Origin: Eledone cirrhosa
Lineage: Eukaryota
Assembly (NCBI GenBank): GCA_964016885.1
Contig: OZ024742.1
Coordinates: forward strand, 198,214,001-198,278,000
Length of the DNA: 64,000 nt
Direction of reading: 5' to 3'
Shown here: positions 46,791-59,432 of the stretch, in pieces
How positions within the stretch are numbered: the first letter of the stretch is position 1
How the letters are laid out: each line of letters starts with the position of its first letter
Translations under genes and position numbers: made by a program
Notes under the pieces: model-generated
Database searches by the model: none
Told to the model about the DNA's origin: nothing
Seen by the model: the letters and a program-made list of their open reading frames with translations, nothing else

Positions 46791-48075
46791 CAATGTGTTA
46801 TGGCTATGATGGGTCATTATAGGTGTATATGTGTGTGTGAGAGAAAGAGAGAAAGAGAGGGGGCGCAATGTTTCTTCTTCCCTTCTAAACCACATCACAT
46901 CTGTTTTCCTCTCTTCCATTTTACATCCAAGAATTATTACATTATGTATTACAATATTCCTTAAACCCAGTTCCACCGCGGGGAAAATGCTTAAATGGTT
47001 AAACGGTTGGAGTGGAACAACCAAAAGAACTAGGAACAAAATTTCAAAAAATTTCATATCTTTGTTTCAGAAATCCACCCCTTCACCATTTTCCCCACAA
47101 CCACCACCACCACTATTATTATTATTATTATTATTTCAACAGTTTCATACAAGTTTCTGCTGCAATACCCGGTGCATCCGTGTGTTGTTGTCGTGTGCAG
47201 CAGAGTGGGTTCTTGTTTTGTGGGGAATGGGAGTGGAATGAGTATAAGGTACCTCTTGTTAATCTACTGCATCAGTCTTGCTTTGTTGTCATTTTGCTGT
47301 CTTTATCCAGTTTAGAATAGAAGTGAAGTAAAAGACAGCCTAAAGTGTTTACGCCAATAAAAGCATCCAAATGTAGAGCATCATTTTATATAGGATTTTT
47401 TTTTTCTTCTTCATCAAGTTGGCATGGGTTACAGGTTTAGAAATAAGATTTACAGCTCACACCTTTGCAGCACTAGCTGGCTGCCAATGAGATTGCATCT
47501 CATAGGTTTCTTAGGTGTTTCAATGACAGGAGTGCCAGATCTATCATGAAAAGCAACATAAAATGAAGTGTCTTACTAAAGAACATGATGTACCACTCAG
47601 TCAAGGAATTGAACCTACAACCATATGATTGAGACTCCAATACCCTAACCACTAGACCAGGCACCTTTACAGCATAGGTTGGACAAGACATTGCCTCCAA
47701 AAGGGCCTTTAATGTGTATAAAACCTGTCATAGGGCACACAAAGCTTTAGCAGGGAAAATAACCATAAAACATGTTGCATCATTATTATGTTCATATTAC
47801 CATTATCATTTTTATCTATTATATTCATTTTTTTTTTTACCTGTTTTCCATCATCATCATCATCATCATCATCATAGATGTTGCAGATGAGTTAGGGGGC
47901 ATTCTTTGCCCTGCTCTGTTTAATTGTTGTTGGTGGTGGTGGTGATATTAGTAGCGGTGAGGGTATATTTTCCTTTGTTTTGCTTCCTCAATCAAAATTT
48001 TGTTTTTCTTCAAATCTTCCCATTTAGAAAACAAATATTTTTGTTTGTTTTGGCTTTATGCTGTATGGGAGTTGT

Positions 48076-48106
<31 letters not shown>

Positions 48107-48134
48107 ACAACAACAACACTAGCATGGGAGTTGT

Positions 48135-48178
<44 letters not shown>

Positions 48179-48475
48179 AGAGCAACAACACTAGCAAGAA
48201 GATAGGTAGAAGACAAAGAAAGGAATGAAAGAAAAAAAACATGGAGAAAACCAAAGAACAGAAGGAAAAAGAAAGAAAAGAAAAAAGAGCAAAAAATGAA
48301 GACAGAATGAAAAGTGAGAAAAAGAAAAGAAAAAGAGAAAAAGAAAGGAAGGGAGAAAAGGGATAGAATATGGAAGACAGCAGAAGAAAAATGGAAGATG
48401 GCAGAAGACAAAATTGGCAAACAAGCGGTGGTGGTGGTGGTGGTGGTCAACTAGGGGAGGAGTTGATCAGGGAGT

Positions 48476-48634
48476 TCAGGATGTGAGTTCCTGTAGTTGT
48501 ATTAGTATATCTTTGTCTACGTTGGCCATAAGTTGGTCAAACATCAGCTGACCATGTAACTGCTGGCACAGGGTAAGTTGAGAAACCACAAACTCTTTGA
48601 GAGAAACAGCATGTACCGGATCATGGCGGAGTAA
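48476..48634 (-). CDS. IPO11: Importin-11 terminal coding exon (LLRHDPVHAVSLKEFVVSQLTLCQQLHGQLMFDQLMANVDKDILIQLQELTS*)
   Basis: T-tract with tatttcag| acceptor, 159 nt to TGA. DPVHxVSL...LMxxVD...QLQE matches the IPO11 C-terminus. Confidence 0.93.
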   Translation of the reverse strand, partial: LLRHDPVHAVSLKEFVVSQLTLCQQLHGQLMFDQLMANVDKDILIQLQELTS

Positions 48635-49009
48635 CTGAAATACAGAAGAAAAAAAAAAAAACAGTTTGTTAGCCTTTCTGATACCAAACTATATGAAACA
48701 GTTGATGGTTCAATGATATACAAAATGTTTCTTCTAAAATATTTATATTATCACAATTTAATAGAGAAAGAAAAAAAGAAAATTTAGATTGAGAAAATAT
48801 CATAATCATCATCAATTAACATCTATCTTCCACACTAGCATGGGCTAGTTGGGTCCCATTTAGAGGAAAGTTGGGTCGGGTGACCGTATCTCATTCATAT
48901 AGGGGTGTTTCTGGCTGGTTTTCTAAAACTAGATGCCCTTCCTAATGCCAAGGATGCCCTTTCTAACGCCAAGGATGCCCAAAACAATGGAATATGAAAT
49001 AAGAAAATA

Positions 49010-49300
49010 TTTTTAAAAACCCAGAAAAGGAAGGGAATGGCAAGGACTCTATGTCCCAGAAGAATGGGGAGGGGTGAGGTGGTTGGGCTCTGGACCTTGG
49101 GTGCAGCGGTAATGGGGCTATGCTCCATGAACAAGACCGCAAAATATCCCCGCAGCGACACCCGCTGCAAAAGCCACTCCAACTCCTTCCTCAGATGGGC
49201 CGCCGACGTTCCGATCTTGTAGAGGAAATTGACAGTACTTGGTCCAAGTACGCCTGAGATCTCAATGGCGACTGGTGCGAAGAGGAACAGACCGGAAGAG
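49010..49300 (-). mobile_element. CRE-like non-LTR element, extreme 3' fragment
   Basis: LFAPVAIEISGVLGP...EWLLQRVS, homologous to the C-terminus at 62750-62950. Confidence 0.65.
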
Positions 49301-50015
49301 GAATTCTAAACATCATTAGAAAAGGGTTAATGGGTTAATATATTGATATCTAAAAAAACCTCCATCATAATTTTATGAAAAAAACCTTTATTAACCCTTT
49401 CATGACTGCATTTCTAATGAAATACACTCTATTTCAATTAATTAATGAAGAATTTTGAGAGATTTACTAAAATAATTAATTATTTCATTACTAAAATAGT
49501 AACTTATATAAAGTTCATATGTAAAATTATGTTGAAAGATTTTAATTTAAATTGGAAATCTTTAAAATGGATGGGTTTATTTCATAGAACCAGAGCTAGT
49601 TTTGGCCAGATTAATAACTAAAGGGTTAAATTATGTTCCAAACACCAGCTTTATCACCACCATCATCGTCACCATTTTAACGTCTGCTTTCCCTGCTAGC
49701 AAGAGTTTCTTCATAGTGAGCAAGTTAATTACATAACTAAATCCCTCCAGATTCTTTATTTTCAATGACACACACTCTTTTATCTTTAACCCTTATATTA
49801 CCATATTTCTAATGGAGGACACTTCATATCATTTGTCATCATTTAACACAGGGAAAATGGACATTAAATGATGAGAATGGAACAAGAAAAACATGGATGA
49901 CGGCGAAATTGAGAAAACATTGGATTTAACATAGAAATACATAAGAAACACACATTATTTCGTAGGACACATAGTATAAGCACACCATTATAATATAAAT
50001 GTTCATAGCACTCAC

Positions 50016-50033
50016 TTGTGCTGATCTACAGAA
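50016..50033 (-). CDS. IPO11: Candidate 18-nt in-frame alternative microexon of IPO11 (FCRSAQ)
   Basis: aatttccag|TTCTGTAGATCAGCACAA|gtgagt in the last (phase 0) intron, no stop codon. Not required for the conserved reading frame. Confidence 0.35.
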
Positions 50034-50769
50034 CTGGAAATTATTTGGAACATGCCAGGTAGGAAGGGAGTGATCACTCCCTCTAGGTCAAAGGGTTATA
50101 GATTATTGTTACCCATATATAGCCACAAGTGGTGCATGTGTGTGTGTATAAATATAGCCACAAGTGATATGTGTGTGTGTGTATATAAATATAGCCACAA
50201 GTGGTGTGTGTGTGTGTATATAAAGTTTCTGTATAAATACAGTGTGTATTCGAGACTGCACTAACGTGTATAATATATACACATATCTAATATGTAGGCA
50301 TGTAAACATGCCATAAAATACGAATTTCCCTGTAAATTGAAATAAATGATAATCATCATTAACCAATTTTCGCATCTTATTCGAAACTCATCCGATGTGT
50401 TTATAATCCAGTCAAACACTGGGAAACATGAGCATGTACATCATCATCATCTTCACCATTTTATGTCCTTTCTTCCATGCTAGCATGGTTAGACGGGTTG
50501 TCCTGTTGTGGGTAACACCAGGCCAGGTGACCATGTCTTGCTTATACAGAACTGATTTTGGCTCGATTTCTACAGCTGGATGCCCTTCCTAACACTAGCA
50601 TCATTTACAGAGAGTACTGGGTGCCTTTTTACCATGGCACCTACACGACCACTTTACAGTATGGACTAGGTGCTATTTTGTCATGACACCTACACGACCA
50701 CTTTACAGTGGTATATCATCATCATCATCTTCGTTTAACGTCCATTTTCCACGCTAGCATGGGTTAGAC

Positions 50770-51455
50770 GTCGCTGGATGTGTAACAGTAATATACGTGA
50801 ACGGCAAAGCATAAACGAACTAAGGAAAAAATTAGAGATAAGAGGGATCAGATGTTGTTTACTCGAGAGAAGGCTGCGTTGGTATGGACACGTGATGCGC
50901 ATGAAAGTCGATAGCTGTATAACAAAGTGCAGGGCAATAAAGATAGACGGTAGCCACGGAATAGGCAGACCTAGAAAAACCTGGGATGAGCTGATAAACT
51001 CCGACCTCACACACTTACACCTCTCCAAGACAATGTCACTGGACCGAGACCTTTGGCGGTACTCAGTAACAGAGAAGACCCGCCTTGCCAGTAGGCATCT
51101 CTAACAAAATACACCCCGTCCCACCACCACCACCACCCCATCCACACCACCCCGTTCTATGTAAAGTTATGTTGGTGCCGCGCCATCCAGGCCGAAACAA
51201 ATGAGATCGTGTAGGTGTCACGACAAAAAAACACACAGTCCACGCTGTAATGTGGCCGTGTAGGCAACACGGTAAAAACCTCCCAGACCCACACTGTAAA
51301 TGTGGTTGGTGTTAGGAAGGGCATCCAACTGTAGAAAACCTGCCAGACAGTCCTATGCGAGCAAAACAATCACTCTTGCCTCAAGTGGGACTACCCCCGT
51401 CCAAACCCATGCAAGCGTGGAACACGGACGTTAAACGTTGATGATGATGATGATG
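50770..51455 (+). mobile_element. 5'-truncated RTE LINE with 3' UTR and (GAT)n tail
   Basis: RWMCN...ERRLRWYGHVMRM...GRPRKTWDE, tail ggacgttaaacgttgatgatgatg. Confidence 0.9.
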
Positions 51456-51546
51456 ATATATATATATACAGCCAAATCTAGTGTATCCAGAAGTGTTACA
51501 TATAAACTATCAACATATGATATAGCCAGCCATACAATCAACTTAC

Positions 51547-51628
51547 CATTTGTTTCCTTTTCTCATGTTCTGTGTCTGTGTTTTCTTCAGTGTTTTCAGC
51601 ATCTTCTTCTTCCCCAATGACAAGACAG
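51547..51628 (-). CDS. IPO11: Importin-11 coding exon (DCLVIGEEEDAENTEENTDTEHEKRKQM)
   Basis: tttcag| acceptor and ATG|gtaagt donor, 82 nt, phase 2/0. Acidic loop followed by TExxKRKxM, as in IPO11. Confidence 0.9.
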
Positions 51629-51679
51629 CTGAAACATACATTAACCTTTCCCTTACCAGATTTCCAATGAAATACACTG

Positions 51680-52085
51680 TCTTTACAGGGTGCATTTTAT
51701 CACAGTACCATTGAAACCACTTTACAGAGTGTATTGGGTAGTTTATTGCAGCACTCTCAATACCATATTACAAAGTGTACTGGGTGCATTTTATCACAGT
51801 ACCATCAAAACCACTTTACAAAGTGTACTGGGTGCATTTTATCACAGTACCATCAAAACCACTTTACAGAGTGTACTGGGTGCACTTTATTGCAGTACCA
51901 TCAAAACCAATTCAGAGCGTACTGGGTACAGTTTATCACAGTACTCTCAATACCACATTACAGAGTGTACTGGGTGCATTTTATCACAGTACCATCGAAG
52001 GTACTTTACAGAGTGTACTGAGTGCATTTTATTGTGGAGCCATCACCTCCACTTTACAACAGAACTACACATTACAGAGTGAACT
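51680..52085 (+). repeat. Degenerate ~48-bp tandem repeat related to the RTE 3' UTR motif (cactttacagagtgtactgggtgcatttt)
   Basis: About 8 units. Similar arrays at 54710-54990 and 57310-57600. Confidence 0.75.
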
Positions 52086-52301
52086 AAGTGTTTTTATCAT
52101 CAAAAAAAGTACAAAACACTATGACTGCACCACATTAAAAATTGATCGTCTATATTCTAATATTGCAAATTTTCAAAATGATATGACTACTAGTAAAAGA
52201 ATTATAATCATTTGAATTAACAAAGAAATTTTTAGATATTTTCTGCTAAATCATTATGTGATGAGAAGAGTTCATAAAATATAGCTTGTTGTCAAACTTA
52301 C

Positions 52302-52397
52302 TCTGTCTGCTTCCCAGTATCACAGTCAGCCCGGCATATATCATGAAGAACTTCAACACACACATTTAGGATTCCGGAAAATCTCTCTGTTATAGGG
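52302..52397 (-). CDS. IPO11: Importin-11 coding exon (SPITERFSGILNVCVEVLHDICRADCDTGKQTD)
   Basis: tttcag| acceptor and GA|gtaagt donor, 96 nt, phase 2/2, completing the previous exon's codon. Matches the FxGIxNxxVExLHD motif. Confidence 0.92.
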
Positions 52398-53185
52398 CTG
52401 AAACAATTTTTTTTTAAAAGTCACAAAAACAAAAAGGAAACAATAAAATATATGTGATAACTGATATTTGAATTTTTTTTTAAATAAGAGATACCATTAT
52501 CGTCATTTTACATGTGCTTTCCATGCTGGTGTGAGTTGGTTTTGTCGCTATAATAAGAGTCAGTTCTTATTCGGAGTTATTGCCCTCCAGGATAGTTCAG
52601 GTGACTACTCTTCGGTCTCAAATAAACCCCGCCACTTCATTTTTCAGATTTTTCTACACACACACACTCCCGCTTATTAAATTTTGCTAATCTATCTCTA
52701 GCAAAATTTTATTTTAAGTGGTTAACATTCCTGCAACAATTTTCTTTAGACTTTAAAATACATTATATATGTAAAAAAAGAGTATGTTACAAAAAATCCC
52801 ATATGTTATAAAACAAATAAGATTAGTTGGGGGTCACGACTAATTCTGGTTTTTAAAAATCAAGGAAGACAACCTAGAAAATTATCGATTTTCCACTAAT
52901 ACACATATTATTTGGAACAAAAGTAAATCATGTTTGTATGTTACATATTTTGGCATGGATTATACAACCAGATAACCATTCTAACACCAATTACTTTACA
53001 GTGTGCTGAGATTATTTTATTGTGGCACCAACACTCAAGAGGTTATGTCATCAACAAGACTAGATTTTTCTCTACCCAGTTGTCACCAAATTTTTTAAAA
53101 TATAAGAAAAGCAACAAAGATATATACAGAAAATAGTGTTTTTTCTGGAGTGACAGTAATGTTAATAGGATATGAAATGTTAAAA

Positions 53186-53360
53186 ATAATTGTTTCTACT
53201 TTTGGCAGAAGGCCAGCAATTACCCAGTACAATACTGGTACTTTATTTTATCGACCCCGTAAGGATGAAAGGCAAAGTTAACCTCGGCGGGATTTGAACT
53301 CAGACCGTAAAGGGACGTAACTATGCTGGAAAGCATGGCGACTATCTAACGATACTGCCA
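53186..53360 (-). mobile_element. Family 1 Nin-like SINE
   Basis: Close match to 31487-31680. Confidence 0.85.
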
Positions 53361-53517
53361 AATGATACCAAAGTTGTTGGATTGTTACCTTGGAGGGGCA
53401 TTTAATTATTACTTAATATTTCAGGGTAAAAACCCTTCATAAAAAAAAAAAAAGAGTTGAGGGATCAAAGTCGGAGAAGGATATTTGGTGTTGTTCTTAT
53501 GCTGGCATTTTTCAATC

Positions 53518-53744
53518 TTAACCCTTTAGCATTAATATTACTCTATATATACTATTGTATTTACACAGTAAAGGCTTTTCTCACATAGTATCTCACATAA
53601 TATCGAATCTATGAGATTTTTATATTATGTATTTTGAGAACTATACCTTAACATCTGTATGAGTGGCCAGTTAAAGCCAGTTTGAACAGAAAGAAGTGAG
53701 AAAATTCTGGCCAGATACAGCCGGTTTAAATGCTAAAGGGTTAA
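53518..53744. mobile_element. piggyBac-type MITE (family A)
   Basis: TTAA-ccctttagcatt ... aatgctaaaggg-TTAA: 12-bp TIR with TTAA TSD. Confidence 0.88.
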
Positions 53745-55357
53745 AGTGTTTTTTTAATGCTGGAAGTAATGAATGGATCATGTGGTATGTGATCTAAGCT
53801 ATGTTGAGGTGGAAAGAGGTGTGGTAGTAAGTCTGTTTATGTTAACTAGTTTAGTTCCCCAACTCTTCTTTTGACAAAGGGATTTTATCCTGAAATATTA
53901 AAGACTAATTAAACACCTTCAGGTTAACATTCCAACAACTTTGTTATCATTATTACTAACATTTAATGCTTCAGGCAAACTACACCTTCTTAAAGATATA
54001 GGTGTGTGTGTGTATCTTTTCATAACAGATTTTACTAAAAAAAAATTTATTAAAATATTAAGAAAAATGATCTTAGTTTAACTCTTTCCTGAACCACATT
54101 TCTGTTTGTTTCAAATAATTTTTTTTATATTTTAGAATGATTTAAAGAAATGACTAATTTTTTAAATTATTAAGTTGGTGTTTGGAACATTGTCAACAAC
54201 ATTTTTATGTCCGTTTTTTCCATTGTTTTCATGGGTTGGACACTTGTTTTCAAGGACAGCATTCCACCACCCGTTGCCTTCTTTTGTCATCTCCTTTGGG
54301 AGGTTCAATATTCTGAAATCAGCTTTCACCATTTCTGCCCACATCTTCCTTGCTATGCTGAATCAAAGCTGACCTGGGGTTCACAACAAAGAAGGACACA
54401 TTAGATAATGTAATCCAAGATACACCATGCCAGGAAAAAAAAAGAGAGAGAAGAAATATTCACAGCCGGAATGTCTGATTATACACATATTCAATTAGGG
54501 CTGCTCTGGGGTTAAACAATCCCCTTTCACCACTATAGAAACTCAAAACTACACATGTACCATCAATGTCATTTTACATTTATTTTTCCATGATGGTATG
54601 GGGTGAATGGATCACCACAGACTGGGACTAGACAGGTCTGAGAGCAGTCTTGCTCATACATTCCATGTGTGACATGGTTTCTAGAGCTGGATGCCTTTTC
54701 TAATGACAATCACTTTACAGAGTATACAAGGAACATTATATCATGGCTCCTGCACAACACTGCCATTTTACAGAGTCTACTGGGTGCATTTTCACATGAC
54801 ACCAGCAATACCATTTTACACAGTGAACAGAGTACATTTTATCATGGTTCCATCATTACTACTTTATAGTGTATAGGTTGTATTTTATCACGGCACCAGC
54901 ACTATCACTTTACAATGTGTACTGGGTGAATTTTACAGTGATATCAGCTCCAACACTTTACAGAGTGTACAAAGTACATTTTATCATATAGATCTACAAG
55001 ACTGGCTCTGCCACCTTCTACGAATACGGAGAAGCAAACCAGACTACAGGGTAATGCTCCACTAATATATTGTAGATTCATCAGCACCCTTTATTGTCCG
55101 TTTTCTCTGCTAACAGGGTTGGATGGGTCTTCACAGATTGAGTCAGTACTCAAGGACTACTAAACTCTCAGACTGGCCCGGCGTCTGCATCTCATTTACA
55201 TATAATCCTGCGCTCTACCAAATGCATTTTATTGTGACACCAACACTGGAGAGACTATCATATCTTTGACACAACTGAAGTCTTACCAAACCTTTGTTTG
55301 GCAAGTTTTCTACAGCTAGATGCCCTTCCTATCCCCACTTTACAGAGTGTACTGGGT

Positions 55358-56050
55358 CATCATCATCCTCACCGTTTTACGTCCGTTCTTCCACGCTAGC
55401 ATGGGTTAGACGGGTTGTCCTGTTGTGGGCAGTGTCTGGTCGGCTGACCATGCCTTGCTCATACAGGAACTGATTTGGCTTGATTTCTACAGCTGGATGC
55501 TCTTCCCAACACCAACCTCATTTACAGTGAGTGCTGGGTGCTTTTTCGTGGCGCCTACACGTCCACTTTACAGTGTGGGATGGGTGTTTTTTTGCCGTGG
55601 CACCTCCACGACCACCTTGCGGTGGGGGCATATTGTCTATATGCTTCAGCTTGTACTCATGGGAGGTCGGGTACTCTGTATTACTGCGTGACGCCAGAGG
55701 TCACGGTCGTGTGTCATTGCCTTTGAGAGGTGTAATTGGGTAAGGTCAGCTTTTATCACCTCATCCCAGGTCATCTTGGGTCTCCCCACTCCGCGGTTTC
55801 CATCGACTTCTAGTGCTCTGCACCTTTTTATGCAGCTGTCATCCTTCATACGCATCACGTGTCCATACCAGCGCAACCGCCTCTCCTGCACACAGCATTT
55901 GATTCCTCTTATGCTTAGTCTCTCTCTCAATTCATTTATGCTTTGTCGTTCACGTATATTACTGTTACACATCCATCGGAGCATGCAGGCTTCGTTTCTC
56001 TCTAATCTACGTAAGTCTTCCACCTTCAACGCCCAGGTCTCACTACTGGG
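55358..56050 (-). mobile_element. 5'-truncated RTE LINE with 3' UTR and (GAT)n tail
   Basis: SETWAL...ERNEACMLRWMCN...RRLRWYGHVMRM...GRPKMTWDE. Confidence 0.9.
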
Positions 56051-56223
56051 TGCATTTATCAAATAGATCACCAACACTAGAGAGGTTGTTGCGCTATAGA
56101 CACAACTGAGGAGTTTTCTCAACCCTTTTTGGCATGGTTTCTACAGTGGGATGAATCTCTTATTGCCAATCACCACACAGGGTGTACATAGATTATAAAA
56201 TATAAACAAATGCTAAGACAGAC

Positions 56224-56345
56224 CTTAGGTTCATTGTCAGTAGCGAAGACAGGGCCAGAGCCGACAACTTGCGGTGCTCAGGTTTTGTTATAGAGTCCAT
56301 CTTCTCGAACCACAAGTCTAGTAACATGGTCAGTAATGTTCGACT
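56224..56345 (-). CDS. IPO11: Importin-11 coding exon (SRTLLTMLLDLWFEKMDSITKPEHRKLSALALSSLLTMNL)
   Basis: Long T-tract with ccag| acceptor and AG|gtctgt donor, 122 nt, phase 0/2. Contains the MDxITxPExRKLSALAL motif of IPO11. Confidence 0.93.
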
Positions 56346-56559
56346 CTGGAAAAAAAAAAAGAAAAACAGTAGTTTTACTTTACAACCATGCATATTTGGG
56401 AGAAAAAGAGAAACTAGAATAAAAATATTTTTTTACATCCCGTTATAATTCAGCAAGAAATATCTAAAAACATGCTTGTTAATTCAAATATTTATAGTAT
56501 CTTTACTAATAGACAGATTGTTGTGAAAATATTTAAGTCTAGTTTAAAATCTGTCTCAA

Positions 56560-56806
56560 GCCAGGAGGCTTGTCAGACCGGTGCTTATCTCGATTTTGTG
56601 GCATGAAGCAACTGGACGAGATGCCAGTCCATCACAGGGTTAAACCCCCAGTTATTGCTGGTCCTCATTTTCAGCTGAGTATACTGGAGCAATGTGAAAT
56701 GAAGTGTTTTGCTCAAGAACACAACACACAACCCAGCCCAGGAATCGAACCCACAACATTATGATCTCAAGTTCAACACCCTTACCACTAGGCCATATGC
56801 TTCCAC
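56560..56806 (-). mobile_element. tRNA-derived SINE (family 2)
   Basis: Minus strand: tggcctagtggtaagg A-box, ggttcgattcc B-box, ttcttgagcaaaacactt core. Confidence 0.85.
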
Positions 56807-58778
56807 AATATATGAAAATATGCAAAAGTAGAATAAAGAGTTTAATTTTTAATGTGAAGTAACTAGCCACTTATACTGATGTTAAGGTATTGTTCTCAAA
56901 ATAAATAATATCAAAATCTCAGATTCAATATTATGTGAGATAATTATGTAAGGTAAAGCCTTTACCGTGAAAATATAATAGTATATATAGAGTAATGTAA
57001 ATGCTAAAGGATTAACAGGTGCGATGATGTGTACATAAAAAGACACAAAGGAGAGACTTCTACAGATTGTCCACCTACCAAATCCTCTCGCAAGATAACT
57101 GGTCTACGTGAAGTTATAGCAGTCTTGTTGAAGGTGCCATGCAGTAGGACCTTTTCTTTCATCAGCATTATCATTTAACATCTATTTTCCATGCTTACAT
57201 GGGTTACACGAGTCATCATGTTGAGACAAGTCGGGTCAAGAGACCATGTCTTTCTCATACAAATCTGTATTTTGGCTTGGGTTCTATGGCTGGATTCCCA
57301 TCCTAACACTAACCACCTTACAGTGTGGACAGGGGACTTTTTATCATGGCACCAAAGTGACCATCTAACAGGATGGACTGGATACATTTTCATGTCACCA
57401 GCACAACCATTTCACAGGGTGGACCAGGCGGCTTTTGTCACATAACCAGCACGACCACTTTACAGGGTGGACCAGGTAATTTTTGTCAAGTCACCAGCAC
57501 GACCACTTTACAGGGTGGACCAGGTTGATTTTGTCATATCATTAACACGACCACCTTACAGGGTGGAATGGGCACTCTTTTCTTGTGTCCACCAGCACAA
57601 CCACCTTTTATATAAATTTAATGTATACAACTAGTTTATAAAACTCAGAGATATTTTTAAAAATATGAAAAACATTCTGTTGCTCTCTTTGTACACAGAA
57701 AAACCTTAAAGTGACTCTTTATACGTTTGACAAGTAATTGACTGTTCTTTAAAAGACAACTATTATATTTTCACCCATGAAGAGACAGAGCTTCTTACAC
57801 ATGGTTAGGTAAGCCACCCCATTACTGTGTGTGATATTAACATGATTAGTATTAGCCATGCATAAGCAATTATCTTTAATACTGCATCTTGTAATAGTTA
57901 GGAAAACCTAGACATGGGTGTTTAGAATGTAACAGAAAATGCTGAAACTGACGAAGAAAATAATGAAGGAATGCAGGAGGGAGAGGGAAGCTATGCTGGA
58001 AAAGACCCATCCAACCCATGTAAGTAGGGTTAGATTTAGACCTAGGGGAGGCCCTGGGCACTTCAGGTTTGGTAGGGGCCCCTCATACACAAAAATAGAA
58101 TACACAGCAAACCCCCTTATTTAACATATTAAAACTAGCTTGGTGCAAGTAATTGGAATTGAAATATTATACATACAGGTATTAAATTCAAAAATTCTAA
58201 CTCTTCTAAAACTAAAAAAAAACCCACCTGAGGGCACAAATAAATTGCTACAGCTGTAGCTGGTGCCCCCCCCCCCCTGCCCACACTGCACAGGGCAATT
58301 GCCCCTTTGCACCCCCCACCCACCCCCCATTAAATCTTGCCCTGCATGTAAGCAAGGAAAAATGGATGTCAAAAGGATAATGATGATAAAAGTGATTGAC
58401 ATACAACATTTTACAGCCTATACATACAACACTGAAAATGAAAACAAAAAATTAAACTCACAGCTATATAGGTTTAACTGGCATCCTTCAAGGTTGTATC
58501 TCATAGGAGGTTTCTTGGGTGTTTTAATGATAGGGTCCCCAGTGCTCTCATGAAAAGTAACACAAAATGAAGCATCTTGCTCAAGCAAACAACACACTGC
58601 TTCTGGAATGAACCCGTGAACTTATAATCAGGACTTCAACACCCTAACCACTATGCCACATGCCTTCAATACATATGATACTGTATACACATTGATAGCC
58701 TACCTCCCCAGTCAATTAACACACTAGTAATTGATTTTTATAGTCATTCACCAATCAATCAATCAAATTTCACATTAC

Positions 58779-58892
58779 CTCTTTGTCCATTTTAGCAGAC
58801 TCCTGTGCAAGGAATGACCAGAAAAACTCCTGATTTTGCAAAAGGACACGGCCAATAATATACATTTGCAAAGATAATACAGCAACCACTTC
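58779..58892 (-). CDS. IPO11: Importin-11 coding exon (EVVAVLSLQMYIIGRVLLQNQEFFWSFLAQESAKMDKE)
   Basis: ttacag|GAA acceptor and GAG|gtaatg donor, 114 nt, phase 0/0. Contains the GRVLLQN motif of IPO11. Confidence 0.9.
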
Positions 58893-59412
58893 CTGTAACC
58901 ATGAGATAAATATGATATAAACATTGATATCACAGTAATCACTGCCTGTAACCATGAGATAAATTTGATATAAACATTGATATCACAGTAATCACTGTCT
59001 GTAACGATGAGATAAATTTGATATAAACATTGATATCACAGTAATCACTGTCTGTAACCATGAGATAAATTTGATATAAACATTGATATCACAGTAATCA
59101 CTGCCTATAACCATGAGATAAGTATGATATATCACAATAATTATTTCCTGTAACCATGAGATTAATATATATACATTGATATCACAATAATCACTTCCTG
59201 TAATAATGAGATAAATATATAAACATTGATATCACAGTTATCACTGCCTGTAACCATGAGGTATATATGATATAAACATCAATATCACAGTAATTATTGC
59301 CTGTAACCATGACATATATATCATATAAATATTGATATCACAGTAATCACTGCCTGTAACCATGAGATATATATCACATAATCATTGATATCACAGAATC
59401 ACTTCATGTAAA
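58887..59412 (-). repeat. About 53-bp minisatellite (about 10 units) whose unit includes the IPO11 splice acceptor
   Basis: ctgtaaccatgag-like cores at 58893, 58946, 58999, 59052, 59105, 59148, 59198, 59248, 59301 and 59354. Confidence 0.92.
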
Positions 59413-59432
59413 CAGTAAATGTCTGATAAACA

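Noticed and set aside
46400-48475. IPO11 3' UTR end and polyadenylation site
   Set aside because: No unambiguous minus-strand AATAAA found, so the extent cannot be set from sequence alone.
56730-56806. tRNA gene (also the heads of the Nin-like SINEs)
   Set aside because: A and B boxes are present but there is no cloverleaf, and the sequence continues into SINE body.
58887-59412. CRISPR-like periodicity (also 51680-52085 and 3641-3945)
   Set aside because: Units are contiguous tandem repeats with no unique spacers, there are no cas genes, and the context is eukaryotic.
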